NCBI GenBank assembly: GCA_044229845.1
Contig: JBGASG010000003.1
Span: 1 to 64,000, forward strand
Length of the DNA stretch: 64,000 bases
Reading direction: 5' to 3'
Source: Candidatus Obscuribacteraceae bacterium
GTDB taxonomy: Bacteria; Cyanobacteriota; Vampirovibrionia; Obscuribacterales; Obscuribacteraceae
The notes beneath the pieces were generated by a model. It was not told the DNA's origin and made no database searches. It was given only the letters and a program-made list of their open reading frames with translations. The first letter of the stretch is position 1, and each line of letters opens with the position of its first letter. The position numbers and the translations under genes are program-made. Of this stretch, positions 9,195 to 18,492 are shown one piece after another.

Positions 9195-9593
9195 GTGGAC
9201 GACGACAATTTCGCGCTCGAGATCGACGTACTGACGTCGGCTCTCAAAATCAGCTCTGATGACAATCAACAGCTGATGGAGCTTATGTCTCAAAAGCTTG
9301 AACGGGCGTTGCCGGATGCCGTCAAAGTGGAACGTGACGGCTCGATTTTCTCCGGCAAGAAGCGCGTGAAAGAGATCACGATCACGTTCGACGAGTTTCA
9401 ATATCAATTGACTTGCGAAAAGAACAAGAAGCTCTCCGCGAAGAAACTCAAGATAGTCCGCGGCATCGCATTGAAAACAACCGATGTAGACTTTGCACAG
9501 TGGGTGCAAGAGGTGGCGGCCGAATTGGCCAAAATGGCCAACGAAAGCGCATCGGCGCGTGACGCTCTGAATAAGATGGTGGGCATGAACTGA
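9195..9593 (+). CDS. Conserved hypothetical protein, first gene of a three-gene operon
   Basis: GTG start; stop overlaps the next ATG (TGATG); contains VRGIALK. Confidence 0.7.
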   Translation: MDDDNFALEIDVLTSALKISSDDNQQLMELMSQKLERALPDAVKVERDGSIFSGKKRVKEITITFDEFQYQLTCEKNKKLSAKKLKIVRGIALKTTDVDFAQWVQEVAAELAKMANESASARDALNKMVGMN

Positions 9594-10564
9594 TGTTCTT
9601 CTGGAAGAAGAAACCTACCGAAGCTGAACTGGCACAGCAAAAGCGCCAGGAAGAAGCAATTGCCGCGCTCACCAATGGCGACATTCCGCAGTTTGCCAAA
9701 CATCGTTTGCTGGAACATACAAATCGCGACGACAGATTTTTCTCCAGCGATTTGACCACCAACGAATTCATGCTGATGCGGGAAGCCGGCGTGCAGCCGT
9801 TGTGCCTGGTGATGGGCTCGGCTTTTTTCAATGTTTCTTTTTGGGGACGCGGCATCAGCAGACCGAAAACGGGACCCATGCGCGACATATCAGCCGCCCA
9901 GCTGATGGCGCGGCGCAACGCGCTGCAACGCATGGAGAAGGAAGCCCAGCTGTTGGGAGCCGACGGCGTCGTCGGTGTGCGTGTAGTGCGCAACCAGCAC
10001 GCCTTCATCGACGGACAGGTAGAGTTTACGGCAATCGGCACCGCTGTAAAAATACCCGGACACAAAAGCGACAGCACACCATTCATGAGCGCGCTCAGTG
10101 CTAAAGATTTCTGGCAGTTGCACAATGCCGGTTTCGTCCCCAAAGGATTGGCTCTCGGCTGCAGTGTCTACTATGCGGCTATGGATAGAGAAACGCGCAA
10201 TACGATGTTCACCTTCTGGGGCAATAACGCCAGAGTCAATCAAGAGATTCGTCTTTACACACAGTCGTTTTACGAAGCGCGCGAGGAAGCGATGAATTCG
10301 CTGACACGTGACGGCGTCGAACATAATGCCGACGGTGTCATCGGCGTCACCGTGGACGAAACCATTCGAGAGCAACACTGGGAGATCAGCAATGTCGAGT
10401 ACATCGACCTGTTGATTGATTTCACTGTGATGGGAACCACCATCGAAAAGATTGATGCGCCGACGCGCACCAACAAGCCACCATTGATCATGATCGATCT
10501 GGCCACCAGATCGCAACGCGCAATCGATATCAACTTCGATGTGCCGAGCTATTACAACGAGTAA
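9593..10564 (+). CDS. Tandem YbjQ/UPF0145 (putative heavy-metal-binding) domain protein
   Basis: FSSDLTTNEF; two repeats of AR..A...M..EA...GADGVVGV...EFTAIGTA. Confidence 0.8.
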   Translation: MFFWKKKPTEAELAQQKRQEEAIAALTNGDIPQFAKHRLLEHTNRDDRFFSSDLTTNEFMLMREAGVQPLCLVMGSAFFNVSFWGRGISRPKTGPMRDISAAQLMARRNALQRMEKEAQLLGADGVVGVRVVRNQHAFIDGQVEFTAIGTAVKIPGHKSDSTPFMSALSAKDFWQLHNAGFVPKGLALGCSVYYAAMDRETRNTMFTFWGNNARVNQEIRLYTQSFYEAREEAMNSLTRDGVEHNADGVIGVTVDETIREQHWEISNVEYIDLLIDFTVMGTTIEKIDAPTRTNKPPLIMIDLATRSQRAIDINFDVPSYYNE

Positions 10565-10587
10565 GACTGACAAGAGGGCATCAAGCC

Positions 10588-11406
10588 ATGACCGATACCA
10601 AAGCCTCAGATCTACCGAGCCACGCTCATGAGCGCCTGCACGCCATGCTTGGCGAAGGCGGACACAAGAAGCTTTTCACCAGCGACTTGTCGGTCAACGA
10701 GTTCTTGCTCGTTAAAGAAGCCGGGTTCGATCCGATCGGACTGGTAGTCGGCAGTTCCATTTATCACATCGGATTTCAGCAAGCGCGCTGGACCAAGAAC
10801 GAAGAAATGGAAGTGTTGACGCAAGCGATGTATCACGCGCGCGAACTGGCGATGTCCCGCATGGAAGAAGAAGCCGATGAACTGGGCGCCGATGGCATCG
10901 TCGGCGTGCGACTGAAGGCAGAACACATGGCCTGGGGCACGGAATTAGCAGAGTTTGTTGCCATCGGCACCGCCGTCAAGAAATCGGACGGTAAGGGCGC
11001 TGAGTGGCGCGTCAAGAACAAGCCGTTCACCAGTGACTTAACTGGGCAGGATTTCTGGACATTGCTGCGTGCCGGTTATCGGCCGGTCGGCATGGTGATG
11101 GGCAACTGCGTGTATCACGTGGCGCACCAGTCGCTCGGACAGTGGTTCAAGAACGTCGGTCAAAACGTCGAGATGATGAACTTCACTCAGGCGCTCTACG
11201 ACGCTCGCGAACTGGCGATGGAACGCATGCAAGCCGAAGCCGAAAATGTCGGAGCCGAGGGCATCGTTGGTGTCAACATCAACGAAGGCCGTTACGGCTG
11301 GAGTTCGCATGTCATCGAATTCTTTGCGGTCGGCACCGGCATAGTTCCGATCTCAGCCGATCACAAGCTGCCGACACCGCAGTTGGTGCTATCTGTAAAC
11401 GACTAG
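10588..11406 (+). CDS. Tandem YbjQ/UPF0145 domain protein (paralog of the upstream gene)
   Basis: FTSDLSVNEF and FTSDLTGQDF; two copies of ARELAM.RM..EA...GA.GIVGV. Confidence 0.85.
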   Translation: MTDTKASDLPSHAHERLHAMLGEGGHKKLFTSDLSVNEFLLVKEAGFDPIGLVVGSSIYHIGFQQARWTKNEEMEVLTQAMYHARELAMSRMEEEADELGADGIVGVRLKAEHMAWGTELAEFVAIGTAVKKSDGKGAEWRVKNKPFTSDLTGQDFWTLLRAGYRPVGMVMGNCVYHVAHQSLGQWFKNVGQNVEMMNFTQALYDARELAMERMQAEAENVGAEGIVGVNINEGRYGWSSHVIEFFAVGTGIVPISADHKLPTPQLVLSVND

Positions 11407-11413
11407 GCGGGCT

Positions 11414-11875
11414 CTAAAACATCTGCATCAAAACATTGGCTGCCTGATTGAGCAATTGCGACTTCAGGGTACCATTGCTGTACGTGCCGGTATAAGGATT
11501 GTAGGTTCCGTTGTAGCCGTTGTTGTAGTTGTTGTAATAGCCGTTGTTGTAGGCAGAGTTCCCATAATAGGTATTGTAGCCATTGCCTAGAACACCACTG
11601 TTCAGCACGTTGCTCAATACACCGCCATTACTGAGAACACCATTACTGCCGTAATAGCCATTTGCGTTGTAGCCATTTGCGTAATACCCGTTGCCGTACG
11701 CATTGCCCAGATAGCCATTACCGACGTAGCCGTTGCCATAGCCGCTACCGTAGTTTCCTGAAACATAATTCTGCAGTCCATTGCGGACCAGATTACCCAG
11801 ATCCAGAGCCGATGCCTTGGACGCGCAACCCAATAACAGCAAGCCAGCCAGCGCCACATTTACTAATGCTTTCAT
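11414..11875 (-). CDS. Secreted Gly/Asn/Tyr-rich low-complexity protein
   Basis: GGAGT RBS before the ATG at 11875; signal peptide; many GNGY/NGY repeats. Confidence 0.75.
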   Translation of the reverse strand: MKALVNVALAGLLLLGCASKASALDLGNLVRNGLQNYVSGNYGSGYGNGYVGNGYLGNAYGNGYYANGYNANGYYGSNGVLSNGGVLSNVLNSGVLGNGYNTYYGNSAYNNGYYNNYNNGYNGTYNPYTGTYSNGTLKSQLLNQAANVLMQMF

Positions 11876-11934
11876 TGCAAACTCCAAAATCTAAGGCACT
11901 GACTTCCAGAGCCAAGCCGTCCACTATTCAGGGT

Positions 11935-11959
11935 GACGCTCGTTAAATGCCGGTGTTCC
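11935..11959 (-). promoter_or_regulatory. Putative ECF-sigma promoter GGAAC-N16-CGTC
   Basis: Minus strand reads GGAAC-accggcatttaacgag-CGTC, upstream of the gene starting at 11875. Confidence 0.6.
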
Positions 11960-12124
11960 GGCGGAGCCGCACTTGGGCAAAAGACTGCAAACCCTGTCCT
12001 GGTGAGCATTCTCGGTCAGAGGGGCGATTCTGCCTCAGTTTTTGGTTGTTATCGTATAGATCAACATGCTCTGGCCAACTCGACTACTAAGTTCAGGGAC
12101 ACCCAAACCAGCGAGTTAGCCCGG

Positions 12125-12140
12125 TTTTACCCGGGTGAAA
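12125..12140. repeat. Second palindrome family, TTTTACCCGGGTGAAA
   Basis: Near-perfect 16-bp palindrome just downstream of the 12161 stop; related copies at 22227 and 22260. Confidence 0.6.
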
Positions 12141-12160
12141 GTTCTGTCGGCGGTTATATA

Positions 12161-13249
12161 TCAGCGTCCGCGTCGGCGACCGCCGCCGAAACGACCACCT
12201 TCAGCCGCGCCACCGAATCGTCCGCCGGCAGCGCCGCCGAATCTACCACCACCCTCGCTGGCTGCATTGGCGCCACCAAATCTGCCGCCACTTTCCTTGG
12301 CAGCGTTAGCACCACCAAACCGTCCGCCGGCGTTGGCGTCGTTCTGACCGAATCTGCCGCCTTCGCCGGCTGCGGCAGTGGCGCCCTGTCCGTTACCCCA
12401 GCCGTATTTGGCATCGGAGTTAACGAACGGATTCTGGGCATTGCTATTCGATTTCCAGTTTTGAAACTGCTGCGAGTTCGCTTTCGCCTGGTTGTTGTAC
12501 CAGTCCTGCTGCTGGCGCATGTAATTATTCTGCGTGGCGCTGGCCGAGTTGACCGTGCTGTTGACCTGCGTGGCGTTGACGTTGGCAGTGCGATTGACGT
12601 TATTTGTGCGCGTGATGTTCGGATCTACGTTGACTGTGTTGCCACCACGATTGACGTAGGCGTAGCCGTTGTTGCCATTGTAGTGATAAGGAGTGCCGTA
12701 CGGCACTCCGTGCCAGTACGAGGTGTTGGCATAGGGATAGTTGTAAGCCCCGCTGATCGCTGAGCCAGCCATGGCACCCAAGCCGGCAGCGACTGCGGTA
12801 CCGACTCCGGAGCCGCCGGAACCACCGGAGTTGTTGCTGCTGCTCGACTCGTAATTGTTGACCTGCACCGGCGCTGGTGCCGGCGCGTATTCAGGGGTCT
12901 GTACCGGTTGCATGTTGGGGCGCTGTCCCTGCATTTGTTGGAACCGGGCGACATATTGAGTCAGATCGAATTGCTGACCGTTCTTGTCGACGTACCAGTA
13001 GCCGCCTTGCGAGCCGATGTAAACCTCGACCACATTGCTGTTGACGCCGGGACCGGGAAGCGGAACCGTAACACCCTTCGGCGTAATCACCATTTGCTGA
13101 CCATCTTGACCGGGCACCGTTTGTAGTGTCACGGCCGACACCGTCGGTGCACCGTATTGTGCCGAAACCTGTTCGGCAGAAACGGTGAACGTGGCGAGAG
13201 AAATCGCCAGTACCAGACCAAAAGTCTTCAGGGAGCGAGTGACCGCCAT
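12161..13249 (-). CDS. Secreted low-complexity protein (N/Q/Y-rich core, C-terminal GGRFGG repeats)
   Basis: GGAGG RBS; signal peptide; six GGRFG motifs near the C-terminus. Confidence 0.8.
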   Translation of the reverse strand: MAVTRSLKTFGLVLAISLATFTVSAEQVSAQYGAPTVSAVTLQTVPGQDGQQMVITPKGVTVPLPGPGVNSNVVEVYIGSQGGYWYVDKNGQQFDLTQYVARFQQMQGQRPNMQPVQTPEYAPAPAPVQVNNYESSSSNNSGGSGGSGVGTAVAAGLGAMAGSAISGAYNYPYANTSYWHGVPYGTPYHYNGNNGYAYVNRGGNTVNVDPNITRTNNVNRTANVNATQVNSTVNSASATQNNYMRQQQDWYNNQAKANSQQFQNWKSNSNAQNPFVNSDAKYGWGNGQGATAAAGEGGRFGQNDANAGGRFGGANAAKESGGRFGGANAASEGGGRFGGAAGGRFGGAAEGGRFGGGRRRGR

Positions 13250-13387
13250 CGTCTATCCTCCAAATGGAATTCTCTTTGTATCACATATCCATATACATGA
13301 GGTTGCCACATCTATAAATCGTAAGTTGTCGAGAGGAAATGTCAGCACGACGGGATGCGCGCATCGGGTTGAAAACACTCCGGAATA

Positions 13388-13419
13388 GAAAAGGGCGCGG
13401 CACCTGAGTGCCGCACCCT
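13388..13419 (-). terminator. Intrinsic terminator downstream of the VIT-domain gene
   Basis: Stem AGGGCGCGGCAC/GTGCCGCACCCT with a 4-nt loop, followed by a short T-run on the minus strand. Confidence 0.6.
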
Positions 13420-13455
13420 GTTTCCTTTCGCGCTCTCCCTTAGTAAACCTATTGA

Positions 13456-16400
13456 TTAGCTGAACAAGTTGGCGTCGCGAGCAGAGGCGACGAACCAGTT
13501 AATGGTTCCGGGCACGGCCAGTCCGCCGATGATAAGCAGGGCGCCGAGGGTCATGCGCTTGCCGGGACCGATCACGATTTCGTGTCCGAGCAATTCGAAG
13601 ACCAGGTTTTCCGCTCGAGCAAATCCGTGCAGGACAAGCAAGGCGCCGGCGAGCATGCCGACTATTTCGCCGAGGTTGGCGATGATGTTGAGCAAGGCTT
13701 CCAGATTTGCCAGGTTGTTGACGCGGACGGTGCCGGCGGTGTTGACGCCCATGATCACAGTAGCATCATCGCCTTGCGGTCCTATGGTGCCGTTGGTGGC
13801 GCCCTGCAGTTCAGGCGCGCTGCCGTCGCCGGAGGTCGCGAAGGCATCAGCATTGGCGTTGCCCTCTTCGGCGGTGGTTTCAGTCGTGCCGTTGGTGCCC
13901 GACTCATCTCCATTGGGATTGTCGCCACCAGTGCCGCCGACCATGGCTACACTAACCGGGCTGACAAACTGATACTGCATGGCGACCAGCGATGCCCGCT
14001 TGTTTCTTCGCAGATCCATGAGCGCCGAGACGCGCTGGTTGGCTCTCAAAGTGAGAATCTCGCGAGCTTCTTCCTTGGTTGCTTCAACCGCTCCTTTCAG
14101 CTTTTCCTTCTTGTCCGTATCAAGCAACTTGCAGGTATAGCCGCGGTTGCCGCCCGTCCATTTCTGGAAGAAGGTAGCCAGGTCGGCGCCTGCCGATTCG
14201 GTAGATCGCTGTACGGGAATGAATGGTCCGATTTCCGAGTGATTCTTGAAGAATTCAGTGGTGTCAGTTTCACCACTGCCGAGCGCCATTTCATAGAAAG
14301 TGGGCGCCGCCGCATATGGTGCCATGATATATATTTCCTGATTGAGTTCAGGCTGTGGTCCGTGTATCCAGAGGACGGCTCCGCCTTTGACTTCGCCGGC
14401 GATTTCGGCAGCTTTGACGACGCCTTTCAGGTTATCCTGCCCCCCGACAAAGAGACCGTCTTCGATGCGACGCAGTCCTTCCGAAAGGGGCACAGCCTTG
14501 AGAAGACTCTCGTCTTCGGAGGAGGCGACAATCAGTTTGGCAGGAATGCCGTGGGGCAGTTTTTGCAATGCATTGCGCAGGTCGCCCGCATATTGCTTGA
14601 GCGTCATCGACGAGTCGAGCACCACCACCAGATGCTTGGGCGCCAGCGCCCCGACCTGGGTGACGTTTTCGATCACGTAGTGCTTCGGAACCGTCTTGAC
14701 GGCCACCGGCTTGGCACCGCGGCGATGTTTCTTGCCGATGGCTGCTTTAATGGCTTCTACTTGCGTCTTAGAAGATGCACCGTCAACCATGATCACTACC
14801 TGGTCGGCATGACCGTCGTCGTCGGCTTGTGCTTCTTGTTCCAGTCGGTGTTTTTCGGCCAGCCATTTGGCTTTGGCGGCAGCAGCCGCATTTTGCGTGG
14901 CGATCTTATCGTAGACCATGACCGGCTGCACAACTGGAGCGCGGGCGGCGGTGATCACCATCTTCGAAGATTCGAGGTCGGCTCGATCGAGCGTTCCCGC
15001 AAGAATGCTTTGTCCGTCCGGCGCCTTCTCCGTCGTCACTCCCTTTAGACCGCAAACCAGCATCTGTTCGGACCGCAGGCGAATCTGGTGCTCGCCCGAC
15101 AGATCGAAGTTGGTGGCCAGAAAACGCGGCATCAGAAGTGAAGCTGATGTGGTGGCATCCGGAATCAGAGGAATGACGGCGGCAACGCGCACTTTCAATT
15201 CTTCTTCGCGACCGACCGGGTAGCAATGCATCAAAAAGCGATCGCGCCCGATGTGAGTGATAATCGCCGGGCAGTCGTGACCGGCCTCCTGCCAGCCCTC
15301 GACCTGCTGATCCGGTTTGCTCGACGCCACAAAATGAGCATCGGCCGGTTCGCCTTGCCGCCAGACGGTCAGGCCGTTTACCACCGCTCCTGGTGGCAAT
15401 GCCAGTTCAGCGCGCGCCTCCTGTGCATCGCTGCTTTGATTTTTGAATACGAAGGTCCACTCGACGCTGGAAGTCAGTGTGCGCGGGTGAACCGTACCGG
15501 TCATCGTCGATCTGGTCAAAGACAAACCGGGAACCCGGTCGCCGACCACATGCCGGCTGACGTAATCGTCGGGCATGGAGGAGAGATCCGAATTATTGAA
15601 TTCACGGAAGCTGTAGGGCTTGCCGGTAAGAGCGAAGTAAAGCTGGTGCTGCGTGCTTGATTTGAGAGGCATGAACAATCCGCTCAATCCGGCAGCGCGC
15701 GAGTCGGAACACTCCATGCGCAGTTCCTTTTCGGGATCTAACTGACGCAACATGGCGAGCCCCTGTTTCGCTTCATCTTTATTGTTGGACACAGCCAACC
15801 GCTCGGCATATCTGATCGACCAGGGGCGAGTTTCGCCACCGACCACTGCCACCAGTGCCAGTACAGCACCGACGATGGCGTAGAAAACGACCTGCCGGCG
15901 CGAAGCGGCGAACTCTCTGGAGCTGCGCACTTTCCAGGCGAGCAAAAACGAAATCAGTCCCGTCAAGCCGGAAAGAAGCGCAATCCAGGCAAAGCCCGCT
16001 GAGAAGTCGGTGCCGATCTCTGAGGAGAGCTGCTCGGTGCCGACGAACAGAGCCGTTGTGCAGATAGCGGCGATAGTCAAACAGGAGGCGATGCCCGAGC
16101 CCAATAAGAAGGAAACGCTGCGCGGAAACTTGACGTTGTTTTTGCACAGCTGCGACCAGGCAAACAAGTTGGCGAGCGGAATCGCCAGCACCAGGAGCAA
16201 TTCGACCGCGGTCTCCAGCGGATGGTTGAGCATCACAAGCGTAATGCGCTTCGGCATCGAGGCACAGGTCGAGAAGATCATCAACGCCGGCGCGATAATC
16301 CCGAATACCGTGAACAATAGACCATTAGCGCCGCTCCAGATGCGCTTCGGCTTAGGTATAGCCAGTTCTTCGATCCAGTCCTCTGTATGCGCCCCACCGG

Positions 16401-16881
16401 ACACGCCGCCAGTGGCGGGAGCACTGGGATCGTCTACCGGCGGCTTACCGCCACCACCGTTGCCATTGCCGCCGTCTCCGGCGCCACCACCGGCAGAACC
16501 GCCATGTGCACCGCCGGCCTCCGTTCCCGGCGGTGCCATGTTAACCGCGCCATTTGCTGCGGCGCCCTTTCTGGCGCCCTTGCCAACTACAGGTTTCTTG
16601 CCCGTACCGCCCACTCGACCGAAGATGAAATCAGCCAGCTTGCCGGCCATCGACTGCGGTTTTTCGGTGGCACCGGCCGCGGCAGCCGACTCGGCAGCTG
16701 CGCCGTTTCCTTTATGACCGCATGGTTCGTCGTGAGTGTGGTAGGGCGGACGCACTTGGGAAAGCGCCACACAGCAACCGCATGGTCCAAACCGCTCTGG
16801 GTCCCGCTCTTTCTTGCGTCGACTGGAATTGCGAGCCGCCGCCGGCTTCATTTTTTTCGGCATGACGGAGATCCTGGACAT
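13456..16881 (-). CDS. Multi-pass membrane protein with a VIT (vault/inter-alpha-trypsin) domain, a vWA-like region and a C-terminal two-helix hydrophobic module
   Basis: GGAGGT RBS before the ATG at 16881; about 5 TM helices; VEWTFVFKN...EARAELALPPGAVVNGLTVW (VIT-like); VVVLDSSMT (MIDAS-like). Confidence 0.75.
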   Translation of the reverse strand: MSRISVMPKKMKPAAARNSSRRKKERDPERFGPCGCCVALSQVRPPYHTHDEPCGHKGNGAAAESAAAAGATEKPQSMAGKLADFIFGRVGGTGKKPVVGKGARKGAAANGAVNMAPPGTEAGGAHGGSAGGGAGDGGNGNGGGGKPPVDDPSAPATGGVSGGAHTEDWIEELAIPKPKRIWSGANGLLFTVFGIIAPALMIFSTCASMPKRITLVMLNHPLETAVELLLVLAIPLANLFAWSQLCKNNVKFPRSVSFLLGSGIASCLTIAAICTTALFVGTEQLSSEIGTDFSAGFAWIALLSGLTGLISFLLAWKVRSSREFAASRRQVVFYAIVGAVLALVAVVGGETRPWSIRYAERLAVSNNKDEAKQGLAMLRQLDPEKELRMECSDSRAAGLSGLFMPLKSSTQHQLYFALTGKPYSFREFNNSDLSSMPDDYVSRHVVGDRVPGLSLTRSTMTGTVHPRTLTSSVEWTFVFKNQSSDAQEARAELALPPGAVVNGLTVWRQGEPADAHFVASSKPDQQVEGWQEAGHDCPAIITHIGRDRFLMHCYPVGREEELKVRVAAVIPLIPDATTSASLLMPRFLATNFDLSGEHQIRLRSEQMLVCGLKGVTTEKAPDGQSILAGTLDRADLESSKMVITAARAPVVQPVMVYDKIATQNAAAAAKAKWLAEKHRLEQEAQADDDGHADQVVIMVDGASSKTQVEAIKAAIGKKHRRGAKPVAVKTVPKHYVIENVTQVGALAPKHLVVVLDSSMTLKQYAGDLRNALQKLPHGIPAKLIVASSEDESLLKAVPLSEGLRRIEDGLFVGGQDNLKGVVKAAEIAGEVKGGAVLWIHGPQPELNQEIYIMAPYAAAPTFYEMALGSGETDTTEFFKNHSEIGPFIPVQRSTESAGADLATFFQKWTGGNRGYTCKLLDTDKKEKLKGAVEATKEEAREILTLRANQRVSALMDLRRNKRASLVAMQYQFVSPVSVAMVGGTGGDNPNGDESGTNGTTETTAEEGNANADAFATSGDGSAPELQGATNGTIGPQGDDATVIMGVNTAGTVRVNNLANLEALLNIIANLGEIVGMLAGALLVLHGFARAENLVFELLGHEIVIGPGKRMTLGALLIIGGLAVPGTINWFVASARDANLFS

Positions 16882-17205
16882 GATGAACACCTCCAAAGGC
16901 TTGGCATCGGCGCGCGGCGCGTCGCTGCTTCACCTCAGTGCGCGCGTCACACGGTGTCTTCCAGCGCGCTGTAATCAGGCGAGGAAAACTATCCTGCAAG
17001 CGCAGGACCGATGCTATTCAAGCTAGTTGTCTAGTAAGTGAAACCGAGGGCGCCGGTAAAAGTCCGGTGATACAAATCTAGCGCAAAAGCGCATTTCTGA
17101 GAAGTAGGAATATTCCTAGGTTCTGCAACACCTGGTTAAGTGATCGCGACCACCCCAAAACCGTGACTCTGTTTGCCATGATGGCGACAGAGAGGTAAAC
17201 CAACC

Positions 17206-18492
17206 ATGTTTAACAGAGTATTGATCATGTCTGCGTCTGCGGGAAACGGACACGTGCGCGCAGCGGAGGCGCTTGAACAAGCGTTTCGTGACCTGGGCGC
17301 TGCTCGCGAAGTCAGGCACATCGATGCGCTGGCTTACGCCAGTCCCTTTGTGCGCCGGCTGTATCGCAACGCCTATCTCGACCTCGTCAACAACTCGCCC
17401 AGCTTGCTCGGCATTCTATATGATGCGGCGGACAAACCATGGTGGGAAGAACGCAAACGCCTGGCGTTCCACCAGCTCAACACCTGGCCTCTGATTCGTT
17501 ATATCAACAAGTACAAGCCTGACTTGATCGTCTGCACGCACTTTCTGCCGGCCGACATTGTTTCTTTTCTGATCTGCAAACAACGCCTGACCGCGCGGCA
17601 TGCTGTCGTGATCACGGACTTCGACCTGCACGGCATGTGGCTGACGCGCCACTGCGATAAGTATTTCACCGCCCTCGACGAAGCGCGCGAGCACCTGATT
17701 CGTCTGGGCGCCGCACCATCTAAGGTGGCAGTCACCGGCATCCCGATCGATCCTGTATTCGCCAACTTGCCGGACAAACAAGAAACTCGACGCGCCCTCG
17801 GACTTGCTCCAGACCGCACCACAATTATTGTTTCGGCGGGCGGATTCGGCGTCGGTCGTGTCACGGAATTGATCGAGCAACTGGTGCAAATCGACAAACC
17901 AGTGCAGATTCTCGCCATGTGCGGCAAAAACACGCAGCTCAAAGAAAGCCTCGAAGAACAATACGCCCGCACCCGCAGCAGTCGAGACGAGTTGTCACCG
18001 CTGGTGGTTCCAGTTGGTTACACGACTAAAATGCATGAATACATGGCAGCATCCGATCTGATGGTCGGCAAACCAGGCGGACTGACGACTTCGGAGGCGC
18101 TAGCCAGTTCTCTGGTGATGGTGATCGTCAATCCCATTCCCGGACAGGAAGAACGCAACGCCGACCACCTGCTGGAAGAAGGTGCCGCCATCCGCTGCAA
18201 CAATTTACCGGCGCTCACCTATAAAATGAACAAGCTCCTGTCCAATCCCGAACGTTTTGCCGAGATGCAGACCAACGCCAGACGGCTTGGGCATCCGCAA
18301 GCGGCGCGCGACATAGTGGCACGCCTGCTGTCCGAATACGCCGAGCGTCCCGCCGACAGCCGCGACAGTTTCGAGTCGCCGCACCATTGCACAACTCGCC
18401 TGCAACGCGTACTACGTGCTCGACGGGTTCTGCCAGTTGTGGCTCCGGGCAAATTCAATCTTTTTGGCGAAGCGGCGGAAGAAGCTGGGTAG
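17206..18492 (+). CDS. GT28 glycosyltransferase, MGDG synthase/UgtP-like diacylglycerol glycosyltransferase
   Basis: SAGNGHVRAAEAL, PDLIVCTHFLP, VITDFDLH, TGIPI, GKPGGLTTSEA, PIPGQEERNA. Confidence 0.9.
   Translation: MFNRVLIMSASAGNGHVRAAEALEQAFRDLGAAREVRHIDALAYASPFVRRLYRNAYLDLVNNSPSLLGILYDAADKPWWEERKRLAFHQLNTWPLIRYINKYKPDLIVCTHFLPADIVSFLICKQRLTARHAVVITDFDLHGMWLTRHCDKYFTALDEAREHLIRLGAAPSKVAVTGIPIDPVFANLPDKQETRRALGLAPDRTTIIVSAGGFGVGRVTELIEQLVQIDKPVQILAMCGKNTQLKESLEEQYARTRSSRDELSPLVVPVGYTTKMHEYMAASDLMVGKPGGLTTSEALASSLVMVIVNPIPGQEERNADHLLEEGAAIRCNNLPALTYKMNKLLSNPERFAEMQTNARRLGHPQAARDIVARLLSEYAERPADSRDSFESPHHCTTRLQRVLRARRVLPVVAPGKFNLFGEAAEEAG

Noticed and set aside
13582..15048. 488-aa ORF on the plus strand
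   Set aside because: Antisense shadow of the VIT-domain gene with no motifs; long shadow ORFs are common in GC-rich DNA.
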